DNA of 63,161 bases, the filler included. It is 3 parts of 3 records of this genome, joined end to end, with 100 filler letters (N's around TTAATTAATTAA, not from the genome) between each part and the next. Parts side by side here need not be neighbours in the genome. Positions count along the whole stretch, not along the records: positions 1 to 30,426 come from DRR723986_5790; 2 more parts are not named here. One strand, written 5' to 3'. The position numbers and the translations under genes are program-made. Below, piece by piece: positions 1 to 9,521 of the stretch. How positions within the stretch are numbered: the first letter of the stretch is position 1; the number at the start of each line of letters is the position of its first letter. The notes beneath the pieces were generated by a model that saw nothing but the letters and a program-made list of their open reading frames with translations, ran no database searches and had not been told where the DNA came from.

Positions 1-297
1 GCAGCTCCTAGCTGTGGCTGCGAAATCGCTTCCTGCGACAGCGGATGCGGAAGCAAGAAGAAGTGCGGTGGCCTTCTAAGCAAGCTTTTCAAGAAGCGTG
101 GCAATAGCTGCTGCGATGCAATGGCTTGCGACAGCGGATGTGCTTCTGCTCCTTGCGGATGCAGCTCTGCTGCTCCTGTCGCTGCTCCTGCAGTTGAAGG
201 ACAAGCAGCTCCTATGCCTCCAGCACCAGTTGTTGACCCAAGTGCATACCTGCAAAGCAACCGACGCGTCATCCAAGCTACCGGATACGTTCGCTAA
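1..297 (+). CDS. Cys/Pro-rich planctomycete protein, C-terminal part (5' end outside window)
   Basis: Frame +1 is open from base 1 to TAA at 295-297: AAPSCGCEIASCDSGCGSKKKCGGLLSKLFKK...MPPAPVVDPSAYLQSNRRVIQATGYVR. A terminator follows. Not in the ORF track. Confidence 0.8.
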   Translation, partial: AAPSCGCEIASCDSGCGSKKKCGGLLSKLFKKRGNSCCDAMACDSGCASAPCGCSSAAPVAAPAVEGQAAPMPPAPVVDPSAYLQSNRRVIQATGYVR

Positions 298-342
298 GCC
301 TTCGGGAATAGTGAACCTGGTAGATTCCAGGTGCGTCTAAAT

Positions 343-385
343 AAAAGACGGTCCGCTAAGCGAAAGCTAAGCGGGCCGTTTTTTT
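343..385 (+). terminator. Rho-independent terminator (possibly bidirectional)
   Basis: Hairpin GACGGTCCGCTAAGC-GAAA-GCTAAGCGGGCCGTT followed by a T-run and preceded by an A-run; lies between convergent genes. Confidence 0.8.
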
Positions 386-474
386 ATGCGCCACCCAAAC
401 ACAGCCTACTCGCAAATTCAGACTTCGAAACGTCGCGATGAGAAACGTCGCGATGACAAACGTATTAATGACGA

Positions 475-2187
475 CTATGTCGCTGCTGATGTGAGCTTCT
501 TCTTTAGCTCCTGCTCGATAGCGAACCAATCGATCGCCCCAAGAGCCGAATCGACCACTTCTTCGGAACTGTCTCTTTCACCTTCACCGGAACCACTATT
601 CAAGTGGTTGATGACCAAAAGCACGTCGCTTGGCGTAACGAATCCGTCGCCGTTGGTATCCAGATAATAGTCCGGTCGCGGTGGCTCGATTCCGGTCACG
701 TCTGCTGGGTTTTCACCGTTGATGTAGTTCACAATCAGCAGCGCGTCTGTTGGCACGATAAACGAGTCGCCGTTAACATCCAAGGGCTCCATCACATTGT
801 GCCAAGCAAGGTCATCATCAATGATCTGCACTTGAGCCATGCCGACGAACTGGGCAGCCCCAAGATCAGCACGCGCTAGAATAGTAACATCAATAGGAAG
901 CTCAACCGAATCGTCGTCAATGATTTGCACATCAAAGTGCACTGAATCCTGCCCCTCAGGCAAAACAACTTCGTCAGGCAACCCGACCTGTGACGGATGA
1001 CTTGCTTCCAAGCTGACAGCAATCCTACCACTGAGCCCCATCTGCCGCACAATCGTAAATTGGACTGGCCCACCGCCTTCATTCACCTCCGAACTTGCAG
1101 ATTGGACATCCAACCTGCCAACGGTCTCGGTGGGCAAAGACCATTCGGAGGTCGTCACCCCCGATTTGTGTGCGGTGGCAGAGACGCGTGCGCCTGCAGG
1201 GATACCGGCGTCAGTTCCAAGCACCCAGAATCCGTATCCGGAGCTATCAGTTGCAACTTCGGTGTACCCAACAACGGTTTGGCCACCAGAAGCATTCTGA
1301 TAGAAAACCTCAATTTCAAAAGTAGCATTCGGTTCGGCATCCAGCCGACCGGCAACTTCACTGCCTTCTGAATCAGAACCAGCCTGCTGCACAACTGGAA
1401 AATTTTGCAAGCCATTCGGGCCGACATCAACATCGCCATCATCGTTCAACGTTGGGCCATCAGCTCCAAGGTCGATTGGCAGACTGATGCCTTCAAAATC
1501 ATTGTTGATGATCGTGTTCGCATCGGAGTCCGTGCCGGTGACATGAACACCAACGTCAACCGCATTGGAGACGATGCGATTCTTGGCTTCACCTTTCACA
1601 CCAATTTGATTACCACTCGAATTGACGATCGACACGGCACCAAATTGATTGTCCAATCGCATTTGCCGGGACAATCCAATTGAATTCCCGGTTACAACAT
1701 TTCCGTTCGAATCATCGACCAGGGCGATCCCATAAGCACCATTGCCAGCGATTCGATTTCCTTGCCCTGGACCGTTCCCGCCAAGCTGATTGTCCGACGC
1801 GCCGTCTAGATAGATGCCGCCAAGTTTGTTTGGTAAATCCGCGTTTGCATCAATCCTAAAGCCGATATCATTGCCCGCCACTGAGTTGCCAGTGGAGTTG
1901 ATGATATGCACGCCGTATTCTTCGTTTCCGGCGATCCTATTCTTCCACACCGAGTCCGCCAAGGAACTTTCAACAGTCCCGACAATATTTTCACTGGCGC
2001 CCCCACCAATCCGGACACCAGATGCACCATTGGCCACAGCGGCAGAGCCTAAGGAATCGAGGCCAATAAAGTTGCCGGAAATCCGGTTCCTCTTTGTGTT
2101 CTCGTGGGCGATCAAAACTCCAGAACCAGCATTTCCGGAAATGAACTGTCGAACAGAACTTGCTAGATGGCTCTCGGAGGGGAGCAA
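475..2187 (-). CDS. Extracellular-type protein: parallel beta-helix repeats, Calx-beta-like domain, C-terminal dockerin type I
   Basis: Repeated NxIxGN/GNxIG beta-helix motifs, LQNFP motif, Calx-beta-like VNEGGG...IIDDD segment, and two dockerin EF-hand repeats (DVNGDSFIVPTDALLIVNYIN, DTNGDGFVTPSDVLLVINHLN). TTG start, no signal peptide; may be 5'-truncated. Confidence 0.8.
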   Translation of the reverse strand: MLPSESHLASSVRQFISGNAGSGVLIAHENTKRNRISGNFIGLDSLGSAAVANGASGVRIGGGASENIVGTVESSLADSVWKNRIAGNEEYGVHIINSTGNSVAGNDIGFRIDANADLPNKLGGIYLDGASDNQLGGNGPGQGNRIAGNGAYGIALVDDSNGNVVTGNSIGLSRQMRLDNQFGAVSIVNSSGNQIGVKGEAKNRIVSNAVDVGVHVTGTDSDANTIINNDFEGISLPIDLGADGPTLNDDGDVDVGPNGLQNFPVVQQAGSDSEGSEVAGRLDAEPNATFEIEVFYQNASGGQTVVGYTEVATDSSGYGFWVLGTDAGIPAGARVSATAHKSGVTTSEWSLPTETVGRLDVQSASSEVNEGGGPVQFTIVRQMGLSGRIAVSLEASHPSQVGLPDEVVLPEGQDSVHFDVQIIDDDSVELPIDVTILARADLGAAQFVGMAQVQIIDDDLAWHNVMEPLDVNGDSFIVPTDALLIVNYINGENPADVTGIEPPRPDYYLDTNGDGFVTPSDVLLVINHLNSGSGEGERDSSEEVVDSALGAIDWFAIEQELKKKLTSAAT

Positions 2188-2442
2188 GCTTAACTAACAT
2201 TCGGTCGCTTGCCGAGTGAATTCCGACCAGCGCCTGGGCAAAATAGCGTTTCAACTCGGAGTGGTTGAAGCTACGAATCCCGTTCGTCGCGCCAAGTCTC
2301 CCGTGAGAATCACAGGACTCTACTGCCCACTAATCCGCTGATTGCAAACCCCGCTGCCATCCAGACCGACGTTGAGTGACGCTTTGAACTGTCTCCTCTG
2401 ACGTGTCCTGGGGCAGCGACGAAGTGGGAAATACTGCGCACG

Positions 2443-2475
2443 AAAAAACCCCGAGGCTCCGGAGAACCTCGGGGT
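2443..2475 (-). terminator. Rho-independent terminator of the Cys-rich gene
   Basis: Stem ACCCCGAGG/CCTCGGGGT with an A-run on the + strand (U-tail on -), about 40 nt after the stop at 2516. Confidence 0.85.
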
Positions 2476-2515
2476 GTAATTAATCTCTCTTTTCAGCCGT
2501 TAGGCTAGCAGAAGA

Positions 2516-3010
2516 CTACTCAGCGGCTGCGTCTTTCTTGCAGCATTCCTTCTCGCAGCCCTCTTCGCACTGCCCTTCAGTAGCCTTGCAGCACTCTTTC
2601 TCACAACCTTCTTCACAGGTCGCTTCAGCAGCTTTGCAGGAACCATCGCACTCGCCATCTTCGCAGCAAGCTTCAGCCGCTTCGCTGCAAGATCCGTCGC
2701 ACTCACCTTCAGAGCAGCAAGGCCCCTCAGTGCAAGCAGCACCTTCTGAACAGGTCGCTGCTTCACCAGAGCAGCAACTGCCCGAGCAACTTTCCTTTGA
2801 GTCCATGCAGCACGTTGTGCAGCACGCATCTTCACCTTCGCAGCAGTCACACGGTCCGCCTGCTGCACAACTGCAGTCGCATTCGACATTGCTACAATCG
2901 CACAGTTCACAACAACCTGCAGGAGCTTCACCCCCAGCTTGCTGAGAAACGTAGAGTCCACCGACCAACAACAGTGCAACCGCACCAACACCTAGTACTT
3001 TTGAAAGCAT
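2516..3010 (-). CDS. Exported Cys-rich, acidic, metallothionein-like protein
   Basis: N-terminal hydrophobic signal/anchor, then 35 Cys in CC/CxC/CxxxC patterns with many Glu/Asp and no aromatic residues in the mature part; internal repeats; own terminator. Confidence 0.8.
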   Translation of the reverse strand: MLSKVLGVGAVALLLVGGLYVSQQAGGEAPAGCCELCDCSNVECDCSCAAGGPCDCCEGEDACCTTCCMDSKESCSGSCCSGEAATCSEGAACTEGPCCSEGECDGSCSEAAEACCEDGECDGSCKAAEATCEEGCEKECCKATEGQCEEGCEKECCKKDAAAE

Positions 3011-3143
3011 CTTTTAAATCCCAATCGTTTGAAATGATATTGTGTGAATCGTCCGCCAAGACAGCGGACATTTGCCGGCGCATACTCAAATTGTTGCGCC
3101 CGGAACTATGAATTACCAGAAAGAACTGCGTCAATCGTTGACG

Positions 3144-3719
3144 CTAGTTGAGCCAACTGCACAGCAAAGATCGTGCAGTAGAATTCGGCAGCCAAGGCGT
3201 TCGCCGAGACTCAAGCAGATGGTTGCTCGAATCAGCAACACTTAGAGTCTCATAGCTTGTTTGGCTCGAGCCAATTAGCTCTTTGGAATCGTCAACGTTT
3301 TCACGTGATGCCAGTAACGCATCCAGGGCGTCAGCCTGACAACAACCGCAGTCGCCAGCTTGGCAGATGCCCAACTGTGCCAGTCGAGTGTCCTGAACTG
3401 CCGATTCATCGCTAGGCTTCTCGCCAGCAACCTCATCGGATCGTTCAGCAGCAGTCTTGGCGGCTGAACTGCAGCAATTTGATTTTGGATTCTCGCACAG
3501 ACCGTCCGAACAATGGCTTTCGCGCTGAGGCGCGGTACCCTGGCAACAGCTTCGAGGACCTTCGGTGGTCTCGGGGTTGTCACAATGAGCACAGTCGGCA
3601 GAGAAAATAGCCGCTTGGACGCAGCAGCAGCCTAGGTTCAACGGAGCCACGACGTGCCCAAGTATTACTACCATGGCGGCAGCAATTCTTAGCGTGACGT
3701 GGCTGAGTAAACCTGGCAT
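3144..3719 (-). CDS. Cys-rich hypothetical protein with N-terminal hydrophobic segment and C-terminal LLCSWLN (leader-like)
   Basis: Probable ATG at 3719 (MPGLLSHV...); motifs CCC, CAHC, CC, CxxxxCGCC; ends RSLLCSWLN. The ORF track extends it to 3878. Confidence 0.65.
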   Translation of the reverse strand: MPGLLSHVTLRIAAAMVVILGHVVAPLNLGCCCVQAAIFSADCAHCDNPETTEGPRSCCQGTAPQRESHCSDGLCENPKSNCCSSAAKTAAERSDEVAGEKPSDESAVQDTRLAQLGICQAGDCGCCQADALDALLASRENVDDSKELIGSSQTSYETLSVADSSNHLLESRRTPWLPNSTARSLLCSWLN

Positions 3720-4032
3720 GGGAGTATTGGCTTTGAAATTGTGGATGAGAACTGCGGTGACAAGCGGCTTTAACGGCCTACTTTTCAGACGCTTCAACGA
3801 GCTTAATCTTACACTCTCTTCGGTAGAATATGCGTAAATGGCCTCACATAGCTTTATCCTAGAGCTCAAAAACCGCAAAATCCAGGCGAAACTACGGGCA
3901 TTACCATCATAAGACAGGCGATCTGATGCATTTGGACACTCTGTGACCTTTGCAACTCGTTGATCACATTCTCAAATCTGGTCGATCTGGCCCGCGGCAA
4001 ACCACTCGGCGGCGGCCTCCTCACAAACCTGG

Positions 4033-5454
4033 ATGGACCTTCTGGAGTCGGTCGAAATGGGAATCGGGATCGATTGGACGACCGTTTTGGGGCCTGTGCG
4101 GTCCGGTTGCCCTGCTACAGACAATGAGGGACTCTCAAATCTAGAAGAGGCCCTACAACTTCACCCACCGCGCTGCGTTCGGCTCGCACCGGGCGTTGCC
4201 CCCGAGGACCTTCCCTTCGCCACCGAGCCGACACCTTGGTTCTCTCGCGCTCGCCTACTCACCGATGCAACCATCAGACCAGGCGGATTCCTAGAACATG
4301 CACTTGGCAGCTACTACGTTCAAGACGCAGCGTCGCTTTTGCCAATCGCCCTGGCCGACATTCAACCCGGCGAAACAGTCTTGGACGCTTGTGCGGCTCC
4401 CGGTGGCAAGTCGACGGCTGTGGCCAACGAACTTGGTGGCAAAGGGTTCCTGGTCAGCAACGAAGTGATCGCATCGCGTCTCGCAATACTCAACCAAGCG
4501 CTATGGAGAACAGGCTTTCTGAACTACGCGACGATCAATCGAGACATTGAAAGCTTGAGCGAACCTCTTTCGGAGCAGTTTGATTGCGTCATTGTCGACG
4601 CACCTTGCTCGGGGCAATCGATGCTGGCCAAAGGAAAACAAACGCTCGCATCGTTTTCGCAGCAGCAAGTTCAACACAGCGCAGCCCGACAGCGGCGGAT
4701 CATGGCTGCAGCAGAACGCCTGGTACGCCCCGGCGGTCGACTCGTCTACTCCACCTGTACTTTTGCCTTCGCCGAGAACGAAGACGTCATCCAACGCTTC
4801 TTGGCCGATCACCCTTGGTGGGAACTGCCGCCCTGCCGCGACGATCTGAAGGCTTACGAAAGCTCGCAACTGGCTGGCTGCTACCGCCTTTGGCCACAAC
4901 GCGATCCATGCGCGGGCGGATTCGCCGCAGTGCTTCTCAAGGGCGATCCGCCGACGCAGTACGACTCCGAACCCAACCGCCCAAAGAAGTTCGCAAAGAA
5001 AGGTGGGCGGACGAAAAGCGCCCAGGCACCTGCCGAATTCAACGAGTGGTTCCAGCCACCCACGTGCGAGCTGCGTTGGCACCTAGTCAAAGACAAAGTC
5101 TGCGTATCAACCGGGGCACCTCCGGTGGGCCTAGAATCACTTCGCCCCAATTGGTCCCCGCTGGCCTACCAAAAGGGCAAGCGACTCGAACCGGCTTACG
5201 CGGCTAGCTTGGCTCGCTGCCTGACGCCCAGGCAATCCGTCGAACTACCATTCGATGCATCGATAAGATACGTGTCTGGCCTTCCGATCCGAGAGAGCGA
5301 ATTGCCAGAAGCAACCGTTGCGGACCGCATACCCGCCAGCGGGTGGGCAGTAGTGACGCACCACGACCAACGCGTCGCATGGACGAAGGTCTCGTCTGAG
5401 ACGCTCAAGAATCATTTCCCGAAAACACTTCGCCAAGAGTGTTTTAAACGCTAG
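4033..5454 (+). CDS. rsmF: RsmB/NOP-family rRNA cytosine-C5 methyltransferase (RsmF-like)
   Basis: YYVQDAAS, DACAAPGGKS, VDAPCSG and YSTCT motifs; C-terminal LKNHFP typical of RsmF. Confidence 0.85.
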   Translation: MDLLESVEMGIGIDWTTVLGPVRSGCPATDNEGLSNLEEALQLHPPRCVRLAPGVAPEDLPFATEPTPWFSRARLLTDATIRPGGFLEHALGSYYVQDAASLLPIALADIQPGETVLDACAAPGGKSTAVANELGGKGFLVSNEVIASRLAILNQALWRTGFLNYATINRDIESLSEPLSEQFDCVIVDAPCSGQSMLAKGKQTLASFSQQQVQHSAARQRRIMAAAERLVRPGGRLVYSTCTFAFAENEDVIQRFLADHPWWELPPCRDDLKAYESSQLAGCYRLWPQRDPCAGGFAAVLLKGDPPTQYDSEPNRPKKFAKKGGRTKSAQAPAEFNEWFQPPTCELRWHLVKDKVCVSTGAPPVGLESLRPNWSPLAYQKGKRLEPAYAASLARCLTPRQSVELPFDASIRYVSGLPIRESELPEATVADRIPASGWAVVTHHDQRVAWTKVSSETLKNHFPKTLRQECFKR

Positions 5455-5674
5455 CAACGCCGCATTCCCAAAGGGCGTCCCCTCACCGCCCACTCCCCTT
5501 CTTCGCAACCGTAGATGCCGCAACAATGGTAGTCGCGTTCGATCCGATGGAGTTGGATCGATTGAGAAGCGCGAACGTCCGGCGACTCAAACTACGCTCC
5601 GGCATTGCACGCCCGCGCCCGTTTCGCAGGCGTCGAAACCGTAGTGCAGCCCTGCACACGCTTGAAGCCATCCT

Positions 5675-8600
5675 ATGCACACTGATCAGTCAATCTCGCA
5701 TTCCCCTGAATCGCGCCACGCTGAATTGCGACAACGTGAACTGCTTCCCAGCAGTCGCCTTGTCGTAACGCTGCCTATCCCCAGACGCGCGACAGCTTTG
5801 ATCCTAGTTTGGGTATGGCTGGCCCTGCCGGCCGTTTCCCAAGAATCACTTTCCGGAGCTCCCTTTCAAGCAACTCAGCCCCAATCGCAGGCACCCGCTG
5901 GAGCGTCCAACCGGCTAGACGATTCAAATCCTGCGGCGGCAGGAAGCGAGCAAGCGCAGACCGAGCAATCTCCATTACAAACGAATCCACCACCTACAGA
6001 CAATTCGCAGGCTGGTGCGAACGATACTCTACAAGATGCACCAGATAGGCGTCAGCCGAACGTCACTTCCAGCCGAACGGGCAGCGCGCAAGAATTGCGT
6101 GCAAAGATCATCGCGCGTCAGTCGTCGTTGCAGAACGACACAAGCTCGGTGCCTCCGGAAGATCTGCAAACGGTTCAGAGCCTTCACCAAAGGGCCATCA
6201 CCGCACTGGACGAAGTCTTATCACGATCCAATCAGGCGGAGAAGTGGCGTGGGGCAATTGCGACGGCTAGTCAGCGCCTAAGCAACGAACAGACACACAG
6301 CGAACAACTGAATACAACCGAACCTCCACCGCTGCCTATTATCGATGATGTCGAAAGTGGCAAACGGATCGTGGGTGAAATCAGCAGGGCCCTTAGTGAA
6401 GTCTCTGATCGCCTTGCCAGCTTGAACCGTGAAGAAGCGAATCGAGTTAAAAGAAAGCAAGAGATCCCCGAACTGATCTCCAAACTAAAGGCTTTCACAC
6501 CTGAAACACCGCCGGAGATAGCTGCCGACAACGACACTCACCCGCTGGTTGTTGAGTCGCTCAACTGGGCTCAAGAAGCGGAGCAATTCGCTGTCGACGC
6601 AACCATTCGCGAATACGAACTCGAGCTGCAAGCCTACGCATCGGAGAACGCTCTATTACCGCTGCAAATCGACGACGAACGGAAACTGGAGGCACGCCTA
6701 AAGCAGCAGCTACAACAGGCCAACACCGAACTTGACGCACTCCGCAACGACCAGATTCAATCCGCCCGTTACGCGGCACAACAGGCACTGAAATCTGCCA
6801 CATACGAAAAAGCGAAACAACAGCTCCAAATCGAACTCGAGCACATCGATCTTTGGCAGGAACTGACCACGGCGGCGTCCAGTCTGCAAAGCAACACGCA
6901 ACGGGTCAGCGATACGTACGACGAGTGGAGTGAGCGACTAGAGAATACACGCAGTAGAATCGAAGTTAATCCACAATCAGCCACTGGAGGCGCGACGTTC
7001 AATGCGTGGATCGGACTCAAGCTGCGCAACCAGCGTGAAGACCTTCCGAGTGAGAAAGCGTTGATCGAAGAGATCAACAAAATCAAGCAGAGCCTACAGA
7101 ACGCCGAAGCTTTCCAGTACACGCTCGAAGATGAGCAAAAGGAGTTGCTTCGCGAGAAACTTCGCATCGACCGAGCGCTCGCGGCCAAAGATATCGGCGG
7201 CGATGCCAATGGCGAGAACGCCCTTCAGAATGCCGAGAATTCGGAACAGAACAAACGCAAGGCTGACATCGAACAGTACAAGGAAGCGATCGACCTCAGC
7301 TTGGACGCAACTACTCAGATGCGGCAAGACGTAGAGGTGTATATCACCGCCTTAATCGACTCCGCAACCAAACATGCTGACACGATTAGCCTTGTCAAAG
7401 ACTATCGAACATTCATCGACCAACACATTCTTTGGATTCGCAGCGCTCAACCACTCTCACTGTCGGATACGACAGAATCGTGGAAAGCGCTGACATGGAT
7501 CATATCGTACGAAAATTGGCGATCGACCATCGGCCAACTTTGGAGCGACATAACCCACGAACCTTGGTGGTATGTGCTCTTTGCGATCGGCATGTATGTT
7601 CTTGTTATCAATCAAGCGAGCATGCGACGCCTTTTGGGAAAACTATCCGAACAAGCTGCGAGGCCTGGATGTGCGGACTTCAGTTTAACGTATCGCTGCA
7701 CACTACTGACGCTCGCCATTTCAACGCCGCTTGCGCTCACACTCCTATTTCTCTATTGGCGACTCAAGGAATCGGTCGAGTGGGCCGCTGACGCCACTGC
7801 TGCCGAACACTCGCTAGCCATCGGAGCCGGTTTCGCATTAGCCGCTGGCGTTATCTTCCCGCTGGAGGTCTTCCGTCAAGTGTGTCGACCGAATGGACTC
7901 GCTACCCATCACTTTGGCTGGTCAATGGACGGTGCTAGTCGATTCCGAACCAACCTACGATGGTTTATTGACCTGAGCATTCCTTGCATCTTCCTCGTTG
8001 GAATACTTGCATCGCAGGCCGACAGTCGCCGTGAAGTTGCACTGGGAAGGGTCGTCTTTATCGTTTTAATGATGATTTGCGCTGTGCTTTTCCTGCGACT
8101 CTTTAATCCTCGCACTGGCGTATTCGCGGCTCGGATTGCGAAGGCCCCCGACGGCTGGCTGAGCCGTACGCGTTTTGCTTGGTTTGGCATCATTGTTTGC
8201 CTTCCGCCGGCAATTGCAATCACCAGCGCCGTCGGATACCACTACACCGCCCAACGCATCGCACTGCACCTGAACGCGACGCTCTGGATGCTGGTAGCAC
8301 TTTCGATTGCCTATTGTTTGCTATCGCGATGGCTGCTGCTCAACCGCCGCAAGTTGATTGTCGCTCAAGCCCGCGCACGGTTATTGGAAGCCGCCAAACG
8401 CGAGACGGGGGACTCGGAGGTTGCTGCCGAGAACGCAGAACTGGATGTGTTGGAAATCAACGACCAAACGAAACGCCTCATCCGAAGCTTGATCGTCACC
8501 GCCGGAATCATTGGCGGTTACGTGATCTGGGCTGATGTCCTTCCCGCAATTGACATCCTCCGCGACGTTACGGTCTGGTCTCAGCGAGGCCCGGACGGTC

Positions 8601-9460
8601 AGACAACCGGCGTCATCACACTAGCGGACGCACTGCTGGTCATCCCCGTGATTGCCCTGGTTGTAATCGCCAGCCGCAACGTGCCAGGATTGCTGGAAAT
8701 TGCGCTGCTTCAGCACTTGCCACTGACATCTGCGGCAAAGTACGCCGTCACGACGCTTTGTCGCTATATCATTATTGCGGCAGGCATCATCGCATGCAGT
8801 AATCAACTTAGCATCCGTTGGGAGACAGTGCAGTGGTTAGTCGCCGCCCTTGGCGTTGGACTTGGGTTTGGCCTTCAAGAGATATTTGCCAACTTCGTCT
8901 CGGGAATCATCTTGCTGTTCGAACAACCTCTGCGGGTCGGTGACATCATCACCATTGACGGAACAACGGGCACGGTTAGCAAGATCCGGATGCGAGCAAC
9001 GACGATCGTCAACTGGGACCGACAGGAGCTGATCGTTCCGAACAAGGACTTGATCACCGGAAAACTGCTCAACTGGACGCTCAGTGACACAACCAACCGT
9101 ATCGTCATCAACGTGGGTGTGGCTTACGGCAGCGATATGGACCAAGCCTGCGGGATCATTCGTGAAATCTGTCAGGAACACGAAACTGTGATGAGTGAAC
9201 CTGGACCACTGATCACATTTGAGGGCTTCGGTGACAATACACTGAACATCGTCGTCAGAGCGTTTTTAAGCTCACTGGACAACCGTCTTGGGACGATCCA
9301 CGGCCTTCACGAAGAGATCTACCGCAAGCTAAACGACGCGGGCATCGAAATTGCATTCCCGCAGCGAGACCTTCACATCCGCTCATTTCCGCAGGAACTA
9401 GCTGGCCTATTTGGAAATGCCAAGGAAAGTGGAAAAGGCAGCCCACAACCCAAGACATAG
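5675..9460 (+). CDS. Large MscS-family mechanosensitive channel (MscK-like)
   Basis: Long coiled-coil periplasmic region, multiple TM helices, GLGFGLQEIFANFVSGIILLFEQPLRVGD and IAFPQRDLH signatures. Exact start uncertain. Confidence 0.9.
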   Translation: MHTDQSISHSPESRHAELRQRELLPSSRLVVTLPIPRRATALILVWVWLALPAVSQESLSGAPFQATQPQSQAPAGASNRLDDSNPAAAGSEQAQTEQSPLQTNPPPTDNSQAGANDTLQDAPDRRQPNVTSSRTGSAQELRAKIIARQSSLQNDTSSVPPEDLQTVQSLHQRAITALDEVLSRSNQAEKWRGAIATASQRLSNEQTHSEQLNTTEPPPLPIIDDVESGKRIVGEISRALSEVSDRLASLNREEANRVKRKQEIPELISKLKAFTPETPPEIAADNDTHPLVVESLNWAQEAEQFAVDATIREYELELQAYASENALLPLQIDDERKLEARLKQQLQQANTELDALRNDQIQSARYAAQQALKSATYEKAKQQLQIELEHIDLWQELTTAASSLQSNTQRVSDTYDEWSERLENTRSRIEVNPQSATGGATFNAWIGLKLRNQREDLPSEKALIEEINKIKQSLQNAEAFQYTLEDEQKELLREKLRIDRALAAKDIGGDANGENALQNAENSEQNKRKADIEQYKEAIDLSLDATTQMRQDVEVYITALIDSATKHADTISLVKDYRTFIDQHILWIRSAQPLSLSDTTESWKALTWIISYENWRSTIGQLWSDITHEPWWYVLFAIGMYVLVINQASMRRLLGKLSEQAARPGCADFSLTYRCTLLTLAISTPLALTLLFLYWRLKESVEWAADATAAEHSLAIGAGFALAAGVIFPLEVFRQVCRPNGLATHHFGWSMDGASRFRTNLRWFIDLSIPCIFLVGILASQADSRREVALGRVVFIVLMMICAVLFLRLFNPRTGVFAARIAKAPDGWLSRTRFAWFGIIVCLPPAIAITSAVGYHYTAQRIALHLNATLWMLVALSIAYCLLSRWLLLNRRKLIVAQARARLLEAAKRETGDSEVAAENAELDVLEINDQTKRLIRSLIVTAGIIGGYVIWADVLPAIDILRDVTVWSQRGPDGQTTGVITLADALLVIPVIALVVIASRNVPGLLEIALLQHLPLTSAAKYAVTTLCRYIIIAAGIIACSNQLSIRWETVQWLVAALGVGLGFGLQEIFANFVSGIILLFEQPLRVGDIITIDGTTGTVSKIRMRATTIVNWDRQELIVPNKDLITGKLLNWTLSDTTNRIVINVGVAYGSDMDQACGIIREICQEHETVMSEPGPLITFEGFGDNTLNIVVRAFLSSLDNRLGTIHGLHEEIYRKLNDAGIEIAFPQRDLHIRSFPQELAGLFGNAKESGKGSPQPKT

Positions 9461-9521
9461 TCGCAATGCCGACCCTGCAAGAAATCACCACCGCAAAAAA
9501 GACGCACCAAGAGTAACGCAT

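Noticed and set aside
98-340. Leu/Gln-rich 80-aa ORF in the track
   Set aside because: Alternative frame of the Cys-rich gene at 1-297, which reads as a typical protein and precedes the terminator.
428-463. 15-bp tandem repeat AAACGTCGCGATGA(G/C), about 2.4 copies
   Set aside because: Short local duplication between convergent genes; no spacers and no sign of function.
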